A DNA stretch of 62,579 bases, filler included, from Catajapyx aquilonaris (GCA_000934665.2; 2 parts of 2 records of this genome joined end to end with filler, not necessarily neighbours in it), one strand, 5' to 3'. Shown: positions 24,878-59,885, counted from the whole stretch's first letter. Notes: generated from the letters alone by a model not told the origin. Numbers and translations are program-made.

Positions 24878-27800
24878 ATATAAGAACTGATCAGCTAATT
24901 TTCCGGTTCAACTGATCTACTGTATATGACCTCTGTTTACAATCGGAATATGGATTTACTTATCCCAATATGCTGGTCATGGCTATCCATAAATTACGTC
25001 AATTCTGTTGTTGATTATTTACTCCACTTCTTCACTCTGCCCTCTGGTAAAGCTTACAGCTCATTACAGTGTCATAATATAGAACCTTACGTATTCAGAT
25101 TGCCCATATAAGATCGCATTACTAAGGCTTACAAATTCTGTTACAAGTGCCATAGTCAGCTCAAAGAAATTCCCGACATGGTTAACACTACTGGCACAGT
25201 GTCTTTTAAAATCATCTTATCCTATATAATTCATCATCAGCCCAACCTCCAGCAGGATGTGGCACAGAGCCATGGCCTAGCTTTTAGCCAACCACATTAT
25301 TCGCTGTGACAATTTTCTGAATGCTGTACATATATTCGTGAAATAGTTGTGCATTTTTACCCCAATCTTAATCCCAAAATATTAATCCTACTCATTCACT
25401 AGACGGTATTGCTACAGTGAAACACTGCTAATTAAAGGGATGCAACACGATCAAAGCACCATTACGGTATATCCCACCTCGGTCTGCGTCTCCGGCATTG
25501 TCGTCGTCGTCATCGTCATCCTCATCTGTACGTGCCGTTTCGGTGAGTACCCAGAAGTCTAAGCACATCACAATATATTATTCTGCAAAGAAAAAAAAGC
25601 ATCATTTAATTATCCACTCAAGCTGTGTAGGCCTATATAGACCAAAAAGATGGAGACGATTTTGTATATGTTTCAATGCTAAATCGTCTCTACCTTTGTG
25701 ACCTCCGAGGTTTTGAGATCGAAACTCCTACACCATACTTCAGAATGTTTGGCTACACCTTCCATGTAACACCGAGACAACGCAACTTTACATCACTGTA
25801 CTGGTGTGACATGTGACAATTTCGGACCAAGTTCGTTCAGGGCTTGCTTTTGGCATATACGATTTTTTTTTTTTCGCCAAAAATTCACGGTTAATGGGTC
25901 CATTCCCTCGGTACACGTGATTGGCTTCCCGCTCGCCTGACTCGATGACGCGATGGCGGCAAACAATATACGAAAGTAGGCGTCTGGCAAGCATGCAACC
26001 CTCTAGTGCAGCCAAGAATAAGTGGCTATTTTTGGGTACCAGTTTCTCCATGCACCTCTATACTATAGGAATGTGTGGGTCTGCTTCAGAACATAGGTCA
26101 GCTGAAACACGTGGCCATTACCCATTGACTCCAGTTGACTTTCACAAGCTCAATGGACGTTACGCGCTTAATTTCTCCTTGGTCACATAAAGGTTGGATG
26201 AGTTTTCTTGGGGAAACTTCGGTTGTTTAAATATTGGCTCAAACTTGAATGGTTGTAACTTTTGGATATGTAACTTATTGGCATGTTCTTGAGGATTTGG
26301 TGATTTGCCTTTTGGGGGGGGGGGGGCTAGTGACGTAACTGGTTGGTAACTGGTTAATAAAATTCATTCTGGCTGGATATTTATCTGTTATCAGATCTTG
26401 CCCCTTTTAATGGGGAATAAACGTGTCAGAATAGATTTTCTGTACAATTACACACTAACGAGAAAGCTAACGAGATTGCATTTATTGATACAATGCAGTT
26501 ATTAATTATTATCGTAATTTATATTAGCTGACAATCTTAATAGTGTACATCGCGCCAACAAATGCATTCATTCGACCTTTGTCACTTATAAAGAATGCTA
26601 GCATATGTAAGGTCAGGCATTTGCGGTCCCGCAAAAGGCGCCAGGCACGAAGATTCTCAGTGGAAAATGTGATAATTCTGGTAGTAAGCATTTGTTAAAA
26701 TTGAAAGCTGCATTGCAAAATTATGACACTCAAATTAGATTCAGGAGTCAAAATTTTTGCGAATTTACTTATTTTCGCACTTCAAAATACCCCAGGAAGA
26801 GATTGTAAAGTGCACAAAATTTAATACTCATAAAAGCTAGGAAAAATGATGGGTAATTTTTTGAGTTGCGTCTTGCTTGAAAAATTTACATTTAATAACA
26901 ATGGCGTTGTCTATTTTAATCTCCAAACTACACTTGCAGAAAGTGTGACGTAATTAGTAATTTCAATATCTGGTTTTTAAAGAACAAAATGCACCTCTAA
27001 AATTGGGATTCTCTAACATCGTTTCAAAAAACCATATTAAAAATTCTGCACCTTCTATTTAACTTCTGCGGCTATTTGAAGTTAGAAAAATTGCAAATTC
27101 ACAATATTTCGACATTATTTTGTAGCCTACCTCTGTTGATTGTCACTATTATGCATTTCTAGCTTTCACTCCCCCCCCCCTCACTGTCATCCATCAGTAT
27201 CACCAAAGATTTTAGTACCCGAACATAAACAGGCGTCCTACAAATTCCATAACTTCTACCATTCTTTCAGAGGGGTGATTAGAATACCACCTAATCTAAG
27301 CAATTAAACAGACAATAAAATTCAACAACATGAAAAGCAGCAGTAAAAATTGCATAACCTTGATGAACTAAATTCAGTTGGCGGTAATAGCAAATGTTTT
27401 TATACAGATAGCTCATAACAATGTTGCAGTTGTGTAATTACCCAGATTCAAGATTATAATTTGACATTATGGGATTATTCTGTAAGTGTTTAATATATTA
27501 TTCTAATTCATAACACTGCAACATGTGCACTAGCAACAAAGTTTGTAATGACCTGAAGCCTGAGGCTGAGGGTGATGATTTACCGAAGCCTACAGTAGGC
27601 CTCCATGGTAATACACAGCACGTAGTCCACAGTATACGTGTATGCAGCAGTTCCCTTTACAGCCACCTACACACACGTCATGCTCAGGTAGGTAAATTTC
27701 AAGGATGAGTGACGATCTAAAGTCAATCATATCTCCCTGGCATTAGTAATTCATCCCCTTTGGCAACACTATATACTTTATTTCTTTCTCTGGACATACA

Positions 27801-29045
27801 TACAGCTACGATGTGCAGTGAATATCTCTATAACCTCACAACTACAACTAACTTTGAGACAATGAACTCCATAGCCAATTTATTGCTCTATTACATTTCA
27901 TTGTTATTATTTTTGTTATTGTATGAATGAAGGCCGCAGCGCTCCTTAATATATGCGGTATCAGGTACGGTACCTCCATTATTATTCTGTCTTATTCTTC
28001 AATATGATTCTGGTACTCATTGCAGATGCTGCCGAACTAGTTCAAAAGCACAATGACCGAAATTTTGTTTAAAATCATAATTTCCAGTTGTTTCCTAATA
28101 ACCTTGCTTATTCAAAGTGTGACCCACGAATGCTGCTGGAGACAGTTTCAATTTCCTCGCATTAACAGCTAAATCATTTTGTGCAACATTTCGAAAAATC
28201 AGCATGACCTACTTTGTGGGTAATCCATATATGACTAGTCCATTCCGGCATTGCATCTTTAAAAATCTGTCAGGTTGTGACACTTGGCAGAAACTCCGTG
28301 AAAAATCAATCAGTACCGGTACACATAAATTATAAAACAATGCAAACATGAAACTTCCTCAGATTTGCGCCACCCAATAATTCATATAAACATCCTCTCC
28401 GTATTCCCGCAACTGTTATACATACCCACAATCGGCCATTGCATGTTGTCTTTCACACCTATTCAACTCGTGTATGCCCCCTGGTGCCAAAGTTTTCAAT
28501 GTCAACAATACCGGCAGGATTCTTTAAAGACAATGTAGAACCTTGCACGATATATCCGAATGTTCCTCCAAATCACCTGCATATTCCTACCCCCCCAATC
28601 ACATCTACATCCTTGACCTACACATGACCCAAGCGATAAAACCCGGCAGATTGAGACAATCCCTATGAGGTCTTTCCACCCTATACGTCCATAGATTAAA
28701 AGATGTATCACGACATACGGTGTCTCCCAGACACACGCACATCATTCCTCATACACGTGAGTATCAAAGTGCTTAGATGCCAATAAAATGCGGTTAACAA
28801 ATCAGTTATTAGTTAATATCATCCAAAAATGTGCGGTTTTAGGAACCCGGCGCGATTGTGGCGCCATGGCGCATGTGATGGTCGGCACGTAGGCGTTGGT
28901 ATTGAACCGGGTTAAGAACACGTGAAATACGTCTCACCCTGATAGTGGTTTGTGGTGGTGGAATTCGGAATGGTGACCGTACGTGAAGGTCAAAATGTGT
29001 CAATGACCAGGTTCAAGGTTTAATATTAAATATTAATTAATATTA

Positions 29046-29209
29046 ATGCAATTTTTAGTCATTTAAAACCGGATTGATATTACAACCTTTCGGATTTATT
29101 TCAAATAATTTTTGGCAAGAAAATTTATTGCCAAAAATTATTTGAAATAAATCAAATTTGGGCAGGTTGTAATATCAAGCCGGTTTTTTTAAATGGCTAA
29201 AAATTGCAT
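29046..29209. repeat. AT-rich imperfect hairpin inside a decayed element (~28.8-29.85 kb) rich in GAAGGTCA/TGACCT motifs
   Basis: ATGCAATTTTTAG...ATTTATTTCAAATAATTTTTGGCAA pairs with TTGCCAAAAATTATTTGAAATAAAT...CTAAAAATTGCAT. Confidence 0.6.
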
Positions 29210-30887
29210 ATCTTATCCATACTGATATGACAGGATGGAAACTATTTTCAGCATCTAAGGTCCGCTGATCTTGGCCTTCAAGAGGAATGAAAACCGCTTC
29301 AAATAGGGGGTCTCTGTTGGTGACGCAATGCCAATGTTTACATCTCATGCTTCGTAGCCCATATTCGCATTTGTGATATAAGGAAAGGTGGTACTTCCTT
29401 TACGGAGGAGGAAATTGTGGTTTTGTTGCGTACATTGTGCAACAAAGGTCAATAACAGTAGAGTCATGCATCTGTAAAATTATTCATACAGTGATTGGTT
29501 CTACTGAGTGCTCTAAGGCATATTTTTGCTTATTGTCAGCCACTGAACCCGGGCCAGCAGTGCACTTGCAACCAATCAACATCTCCATTGCTGAAGGTCA
29601 CTACCAAAATAAACACCCAATCGGAATCGCAAATTAAATTTTTTTTTAAACGGCCTTCCTAAGTCATCAAATCGGCCAAAACCGGTCTATCTATACCTTG
29701 ACCTTATTGAAGGTCATTTGAAGGTCATCATCAGACGACCCTCAGTACACCGAACTTCCACCACCCAAGATCAAACCACCGAAACATCAGGTACAATCAT
29801 GCACCAAAATGATTGCTGGCAGGCAATTAATCAGTCCCCACTAATAACCATGGTTAATTATATGTCAATATGGGCATAAGCACGGATCAATTGAAGTGGG
29901 TTTGAAAAAATGGTTGGGTACTGACCAATGGTTCTGAAGTGTCTTCATTGTTGCGCTGACCCCAGTTAAATTAATCCCGCTGAGCTGAGGGGTCTGGGGG
30001 AAGGGGGTAGCGGAGGGGTAGGGACGGCGGCTTCCTCGTCCACTCCCGGCCCGCCTTCTACTCGCGACCTTCCCCCAATGAGAACTAGTGATCGGCTGCT
30101 CATAGCACAGCTGCTCTGTTGTACAACCCGCCTTTTGTAGATAATATTTGAGCCAGATGGCTATAACCAGTGATCTTAAATGCTATAACTGTTATTTATG
30201 AGAGCGGACCTTCTGAATGTACTTTTGTCGCCATCTGTGGGCACTGCAATGATGTATTATTGTTTCTATTATATTTTTGTTATTAATTCTGTACCAAATG
30301 TACTGCACATGTCTACATATATTCACACATACTCTAGCCCTGAATGACACCTTTTTTCACTTAATAAATACAGTTGACTCCAGATACGACAGCCTCAGCG
30401 GTGGTCTCGGTTGGCCTCAATTATAGCTGCTGATGACTCAAAAGGCTGATCCTGTGCCTTCCATATATATGGCCTGTGTATTCAGCTGTAGCAGACCAGT
30501 TAAGCAGAGTGATTTACATGGTGCTGTTTTTCTCTCTTCATTTTTTAATACAAATTGCTTTACAAATGATATATCACTTGATGATGATGATGATCACAAT
30601 ATGATGATGATCGCAGCCATTTCCAGCTTGGGTGAAATCACACTGTAGCAACCACCACCAATCTGGATCAAAAACAAAAAATTAATGTTACCATTAAACT
30701 TATAGGGTGTGGAAAAAAAATATGGGAACCACCATAACGGGCGGGGAATATGTGGACAGGAGTATACTGTACTCTCATGCGGAGAATCACACTGTCACGA
30801 AAAGACATAAGGCTACAAAATTGAAAAATATGCATGAATGTCATCGTAAAGAAAACCCGTCACATATAACAGGAGACAAAAACATCG

Positions 30888-31049
30888 TACTCAACTGGAA
30901 ATATCGTACTGGACTACCATTACACTGGGGCAATCCCTAAAGTCCTTTAAAGTACACTGGGGCACAGTGTACTGCCCCAGTGTACTTTAAAGGACTTTAG
31001 GGATTGCCCCAGTGTAATGGTAGTCCAGTACGATATTTCCAGTTGAGTA
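30888..31049. repeat. Perfect hairpin, 77-bp arms with an 8-nt loop (TA-terminated, MITE-like)
   Basis: 30888-30964 is the exact reverse complement of 30973-31049. Confidence 0.9.
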
Positions 31050-31965
31050 TTGAGCCTCTTCACAGTCAGTGACTCACCACTTGCAATGCAATGGGGGCAG
31101 TAACCATCACCATCATCTTCTGGCCCTGCTGTTGTTGCAGATGGTGGTGGTGATGGTGGTGGTGGTGGCGGTTATATATANNNNNNNNNNNNNNNNNNNN
31201 NNNNNNNNNNNNNNNNNNNNNNNNTTAATTAATTAANNNNNNNNNNNNNNNNNNNNNNNNNNNNNNNNNNNNNNNNNNNNCCATTAAAGAATCTACGAGG
31301 AAAAATCTAACTATGCTGTATCATTTATGAACCTAGGTGGATGTTTTGTTCGAAAAAGAAAATCAATGATTATCGTGACGTTTTTGATTTGCATATATAT
31401 TCGCAATTTTAAAACGGTTGCAGACATCTGCATCAATCATATCTGTACCATAACTGTGGCCACCCTGTAATTTCGGAGAATAAAACTCAGTGAGGCGTGA
31501 AACATTGAATCCTAAAATTTTACTGTCTAATACCCCTCACATTATTTTCTTGGACATTACCATCATAAATTATTGTCCATAATCTCGCCCCTACATTATA
31601 TTCTTATTTCATTTTGAGTATCCTGTCTGTCTTAATTTTGTCATTTGATATGCTTGAAAGTGCATGTCGACGTGGTGCCTCGAGCAACTTGGTTAGCAAT
31701 CTATTGATCATGGAAACAATGCAGTGCTGCCATTCATTACAGGTTTTATCCTAATAGATTTTATCAGGTTCTAGAGTCTAGACCAGTTGTTCCCAAGCTG
31801 TGCTCCGTGGAGCTATCGGCAGAATTAAAAAATCCAAGCAGTGCAACAATGGTGTCATGGTGTCCTCCACAGGCAACCCCTATCCGTAACGAAATGCCTT
31901 CCTTTCTTCAAAAAGTTCTGGATGAGGCTGTACAAATTACTGTATTAATTACATAAGTCCTGGCC

Positions 31966-32482
31966 CAGCCCCCGGTCACTCCCCCCCCCCCCTTTTGTGT
32001 GGGCTTAGCTGGTCTCCCCCCACCAAGGGGGGTATGCCACAAGCGGCGCTAGGGTCATGGACCAATGTAGGTGGCACCGCCACTAGCAGGGAAATCTGAA
32101 CCATTTTGGTCGACTCTGATTGGCTGGAGTCTTAAAGGCCTCCTGTACAGTGTTGGTCATAAATCGAGGCATACTGCCAGCAACATTTTCCGAAGCGGCA
32201 GAAGAGGGAATCTTGCTCGCCCGGCTCGTAGTGTGCTTATCTTCAATTCCTTCTTCTGCCGCTTCGGAAAATGTTGCTAGCAATATGCCTCGATATATGA
32301 CCAACACTGTACTACTCCAGCCAATCGGAGTTGACCAAAATGGTTAAGAATTTCATGCTAGTGGCGGCCCCTATATTGGTGAGTGATCCTAGCGCCGCTT
32401 GTGGCAAACCCCCATTGGTGGGAGAGATCAGCTATGCTCACAGGGGGAGCAATGTATAAGGTATACGAGTGACCAGGGGCTG
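31966..32482. mobile_element. Foldback hAT-type MITE nested in the hAT, carrying MITE family A (32148-32309) in its loop
   Basis: CAGCCCC..GTCACTC / GAGTGAC..GGGGCTG ends, degenerate 8-bp TSD TCCTGGCC/TCCAGGTC, long complementary arms. Confidence 0.7.
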
Positions 32483-34830
32483 TCCAGGTCTATGAAATCC
32501 AGGCAGTTCAAAAATTTGTGTGACGATCTGGGAAGTCTTCATAAGTCTTTGCTTCTTCACACAGAAGTGATGAGGTGGCTGTCAAGAGAAAAAGCATTTA
32601 CATGATTTTGTTTGATGCAGTTACATTATGCACGATCATTTCAAGTGGATCACAACTTTCATTTGGGAAACTTATTGGCTGAAGGATTGCTCTGCGAACT
32701 CTCGCATTTATCAGATATTTTTGCCAAGAGAATAAGTTTTTGATGCAGGTGACACTCATTTAAAAGAAATCTGTGGTTCTGGGCCGAATTTATTGAGGGT
32801 GGCAGTGTTTTCCACATATGAAAGCACTACAAGAACATCAGTTGGAGGCACCAGAAGGGGTGTTGCTGGGTGACATTCGCGAGCACTTACGATGTCTGAG
32901 CGATTTCATCGAGAAATCTGTTCCAACGGCTCAGGAGCTAACATGAAGGAGTGTGTGACTGGGTGGTCAATTCATTTGCCATTACTTCAAAACCAACCTG
33001 CCTGGTATATGAATGCCTCATGAGTAAAGAACGAATTTTTAGGTTCTAAGAAAACCCCAAATAGGTAGGCATTTAGGTCCTGAAAACAGTCAAAATAGGT
33101 TCTTCAATAGGAAGTAAAAATCAAGCAGGTTCTAATTATTAAAAATTCATATACAGCCTACTCTTGGCCATGGAATTTTTGTAGCACAGTAACAATCCAG
33201 CATTTCGACGCCTAAGAATTATATTGTCGTACACACTCCTTCATGTTAGCTCCTGAGCCGTTGGAACAGATTTCTCGATGAAATCGCTCAGACATCGTAA
33301 GTGCTCGCGAATGTCACCCAGCAACACCCCTTCTGGTGCCTCCAACTGATGTTCTTGTAGTGCTTTCATATGTGGAAAACACTGCCACCCTCGATAAATT
33401 CGGCCCAGAACCACAGATTTCTTTTAAATGAGTGTCACCTGCATCAAAAACTTATTCTCTTGGCAAAAATATCTGATAAATGCGAGAGTTCGCAGAGCAA
33501 TCCTTCAGCCAATAAGTTTCCCAAATGAAAGTTGTGATCCACTTGAAATGATCGTGCATAATGTAACTGCATCAAACAATATAATTCTTAGGTGTCGATT
33601 TGTTCCATGTATTCGTTGGTTAGTAAGCGACGCCTGCCTGGCAATACATCTTTATACTGTGAGAATGACCTTTTGATGTCACACGAAGCAACTGGATCAT
33701 ACTTGGAAAGTGAAATGTCTTGTACAGTGCTGGTCATATATCGAGGCAACTGCCAGCGACATTTTCGGAAGTGGCAGAAAAAGTAATCCTGCTCACCCGG
33801 CTTGCAGTATGCTTATCTTTGATTCCTTCTTCTGCCGTTTCGAGAAAATGTCCCTGGCAGTTGCCTCGATTTATGTCCAGCACTGTACAGCCAGTTCATC
33901 TGGCATGGCTCAGCTTCTTTGCCCATCGCAGATGGAATCGGGAGGGATGCCTTGAAAACCTGCAAAATCTCTCGAAAATCTTACAAAACGGGGTCAAAAG
34001 GTGCAAATAGTTTCTAACATTCAATTTAGGTTCCAATGCCCAAAATAGGCAATTTAAAGGTTCTATAAAACCACGATTTTTGAGGTCCTTGTGTTATAAA
34101 AAGAATTGATATTTTGGTTCCAGTGTTCTGCCTACAGAATAACAAGTACCGGTATTTAAAAATTTAGAAATCTTCTCTCCTCATTAGGCATAATGTCAGA
34201 CGCCACTTTGAAAATCGCCTTCGAAAGTAAGTTTTGTTCATAATTTTGGCTAAATTGAAAAGACGAGTTTAAACCACTGGCCAATTTTAAAAATTCATTT
34301 TCCTTTTGCCACATTTATCACATGTGTAAATCTTTGTGTAAATCAGGATTTTCTGCCTATGCAGTAATTAAAACCAAGCACATGAGCAAGCCGCCTCTGA
34401 TTCTGACATTTTTCTGCAGCAACGCACAAAATTGGACATCTCAAAACTATACAAATCTAAACCCCATTCATCTCAGTAGGGGCTATATTGTGTAAAAAAA
34501 TTGCAATCAGTGAAAAAAATTGTAATGAAAATAATATGGTTTTTTGTTCTGCATCTAATGTTTATGACAATATATTGTGCAGGGTGACTCTTAAAGTTAG
34601 GACACAGGTAATTGGATTGCATTGTTGATTTCCAGTTGTGCCAACTAGCAGATTATTGTAATAATTATTGCAATAAGTAGTAAAGGATGAGTTGGCATAG
34701 TTGGCAGTTGAGTGGGCACAACTGGAAACCCACAATACAATCCAGTTACGTATGCATCCTGACTTGAGAGTCCCTCTGTATTATGTCTCTCAAAAATATA
34801 GAAACAATTTTTCACTGAAACCAAAATAAT

Positions 34831-35269
34831 AATAATAATCATCATCATCATTATCATCATCATCACGGCGTTTCCCAAGCAGATATGGGGTTGCCAGCGG
34901 ATATCGAGGAGGTGGTCCTCACTATCCTCGTATGACCAAATACATATTTATTTAAAAAAAATCAGAAGCCTGGTCAGGTACTCGCAGATAATAAAAGAAG
35001 GGGAGGCGGGGATACAACAGATTGCCGACAGGACAGGCTATGCTGTGTTGTTGACTTTGGCAGTGTCCCAGTGACGTCCACCAACAAAGGATGGGCGAGG
35101 CAGGAGGACCATCTCATTGCTGAGTTGTTGGCACCACCAGATCACAACCCGTTGCCGTGCATGGGACGAAGGAGTGCAGCAAAACCTCCAGGCTTCTGGA
35201 TGGAACGGCTTCTACTTGCCGAATGGACAGGCTGTGCTGGGTTGTTGACTTTGGCCAACTGAAACCAAA
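34831..35269 (-). mobile_element. 5'-truncated non-LTR retroelement end with (ATG)n/(ATT)n tail
   Basis: 14-bp TSD GAAACCAAAATAAT (34817/35270); microsatellite tail at 34831-34865. Confidence 0.6.
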
Positions 35270-35632
35270 GAAACCAAAATAATTATGAATCTAATCCATA
35301 TTTTTGAGCAATTTACACAGTACATGTACAGTATAGGCCATACCTAAAGCCCACATTGATAGTGACAAAATGTCAGGGGCCCCACTGTCTTTTTTCCAAA
35401 AAGGACTCCACGGGACCAATGGGACAAAACATTTGGGAACTACTGGTCTAGACCAAAAAGTGCTGCAACAAAAAGAGAGGCTAAGAGAGGCTGATTCTGC
35501 TGCTGGAAATGATGTGGTGAAGAAGGAAAGGGTGATGCTAGAGCAGGGGTTCCCAACCTTTTTTCAAGGCTAAGAGAGGCTGATTCTGCTGCAGGAAATG
35601 ATGTGGTGAAGAAGGAAAGGGTGATGCTAGAG

Positions 35633-36197
35633 CAGGGGTTCCCAACCTTTTTTCAGTCATTCCCCCCTAACTGCTCGAAGGATCAGCCATTCCCCCCCCC
35701 CTCCCCCAATTCTCGAAGTAATATGCTAGTGTACATTAATCAATATGAGAGTAAATTTTAACTTCCATTATCCGTTCTACAAAACATCACAATTCAATCA
35801 CACTTAATGAGTGGGTTGCTGTTGCTTCTTGTCCACCAAGACATGGAATCGTGGGATGGATTTTGACAGGGCCACTCGCATATCATCCTCAGCATCAAGT
35901 CTGTTGCGAGACTTTGTTTTGATGGTCACCAAGGTCGAAAATCCTGCCTCACACAAGTAGGTGGTTGCAAATGGAAGAATAGACTGCAGGGCCTTCTCGG
36001 CAAGTACTGGGTAGGGCTCCATCATGGAGCACCAAAATTCTCCCAAGTCCTTGCTCTGGAAGTCACTCTTCACCAGACCCGTCCATCCCCCCCCCCCCCC
36101 CCCNCCCTGGACCCCATCCATTCCCCCCCAAGGAGTGAATTCCACTGATCTCTATATAGAGATCAGTGGTGAATTCACCCCAGGTTGGGAACCCCTG
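35633..36197 (-). mobile_element. Internally deleted hAT element retaining the C-terminal dimerization domain
   Basis: TIR CAGGGGTTCCCAACC with TSD TGCTAGAG. ORF 36145-35804 contains FW..YPVLAEKAL..LPFATTYLCEAGFSTLVTIKTKSRNRL. Confidence 0.92.
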
Positions 36198-36967
36198 TGC
36201 TAGAGGAAGAAGGTAACTATTATTGATTCTACCCAAAACTGTTATTTGTAATAAGCCTTTAACTGTTACCTGTCACTTTTGTCACTGTGACTAACATTCT
36301 GTGATTGGAGGTGAAGTTGTGTGGTCCTCTTGCTGCAACTGTGTAGTTGAGTCCTGAGAAAAGGCCTCCCAACGTGGAATGCCGACTAAAGTTTATTTGT
36401 GGTGACCTACAGTAACCTACTCGTCTTATCATAATAATATTAGACCTCAAATAATTACTGTTTTAGTTTAGATTATACAGAGTGACCGTAAAGTTACTGT
36501 GTAGTGTGTACTGAAAGCGTAGGCCCTACTTATCTATTATGCCTTTCCGTCTACAACAGGAGATGTTTGAAAATAATGGCCCCCATGGACTTGCAAAAAT
36601 GTCTGCAAAGTCATGCATGTTCTTTCTTTCTTGCAGTCTCTCTCAACCACCATATCACAAAATATACCGCTTTGTATTACATTCCATCATTTCTCATTCA
36701 ATGACCAGTAACTTTAAGGGCACCCTGTATTTGGAACTAAAGCTGACAGTTGTGGGCTTTGCAGTGATATCTCTCTAACATTTCTTTGGGGCCTTTTTTC
36801 CTGTGAAGTGTGACTCACAGTGACTATTCCTTGAGAAAATAGCCTACTAGTCAATAATTCCACACCATCATCATCATGGTCCATGATGACTTTTCAGTAA
36901 ATATATAGATAGTCAACGATGAAGCTAAGAGACGCAAGTTAACTCCAATTTTTAACTAAAACAACAC

Positions 36968-37312
36968 GGGGGAGGAGTAGATGGCCGAGATGGTAACGTC
37001 TTGGCTTGCTGAGTGAAAGGCCCCAGGTTCGATCCCCGCCTGGGGAACTTTCCTTTCACCTGCGTCGGGAGGGTCTCTGACCTGCACCAAGGAGGTGTCT
37101 GGCAACCTAACCTCCTGGGGGACTGCACATGACCCCTTTACCGACATTGCACTTGCACCTATGTTCCCTCCCCAAAATCCCTACCCCTATCCTACATCCT
37201 AGACTCCTTGCACCGGTGTATGAAGTTAAACGGAGAGAAAATGGTGGTATCCTCCCCCCCCCCCNCCCCCTAATAAGGCTAAGCCTTATCACGCGGTAAC
37301 GTAAAAAAAAAA
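36968..37312 (+). mobile_element. tRNA-derived SINE, family 1, just upstream of the Ankle2 promoter
   Basis: A box TGGCCGAGATGG, B box GGTTCGATCC, A tail; homologous to 6166-6512. Confidence 0.8.
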
Positions 37313-37442
37313 CACGCGTTCATATCAATAAAACAAATAATAGAACATTAACACTAATAACTCGGAAAACTGCAAACAATATCAAGCAAGCACTGCTGTG
37401 ATGTGATCTTGACCCATTCAAATCACCGCGGTAAAGGACAAG

Positions 37443-37756
37443 GTCACATGACTTGGGCCCGAAGTTGCCGCTCTTTTCTGGCACCATATTGAAGAAGCGA
37501 CGTTTCCGTGATCTAATGTTTTGTTTCGTCCCACATTCATATATCCAGAGCACAGTGATCCAGAGCGCCAAACTCACTCGAACATGAACTTTCCATGTGC
37601 TTGTGACGTCACCAGGAAGCAACGAGCCAAAAGAAAAAAAAAACTCCTTCCAAGATGGCGCCACCTACTGATCCTACGTCGATTTCGAACTCCTAGAACC
37701 CATGCCTAGAACGTTTGGAATTTATCGCAGTTTGAGGCGAAGTTTGGTTTGAGACG
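37443..37756. promoter_or_regulatory. Ankle2 housekeeping-type (probably bidirectional) promoter
   Basis: CpG-rich patch just upstream of the ATG. Contains M-box/CLEAR-like GTCACATGAC (37443), CRE palindrome GTGACGTCAC (37603), ETS-like CAGGAAG (37613) and YY1-type CAAGATGGCG (37651). Confidence 0.6.

Positions 37757-59885
<22,129 letters not shown>

Larger units (their letters stand above)
31784..35445 (+). mobile_element. Decayed hAT (Buster/Charlie-like) transposon with nested insertions
   Basis: TIR CAGTTGTTCCCAA/TTGGGAACTACTG with 8-bp TSD GTCTAGAC. Transposase remnants LQKVLDEAVQI, SRQFKNLCDDLGSLHKSLLLHTEV.RWLSR and a PFAT..LC.SGFS..IKTK-like segment near 34300-34380. Confidence 0.85.

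Noticed and set aside
24404..24915. ORFs of 123-151 aa
   Set aside because: They are open only because they run through Ns.
29988..30023. G-quadruplex-capable G runs
   Set aside because: G/C homopolymer tracts are frequent in this window's repeats; no independent support.
31225..31236. TTAATTAATTAA isolated inside a 100-nt N gap
   Set aside because: Matches the six-frame-stop linker used when joining contigs; not biological.
37320..37664. 114-aa minus-strand ORF in the Ankle2 promoter
   Set aside because: GTG start, no recognisable domain, and it runs through a likely splice donor.
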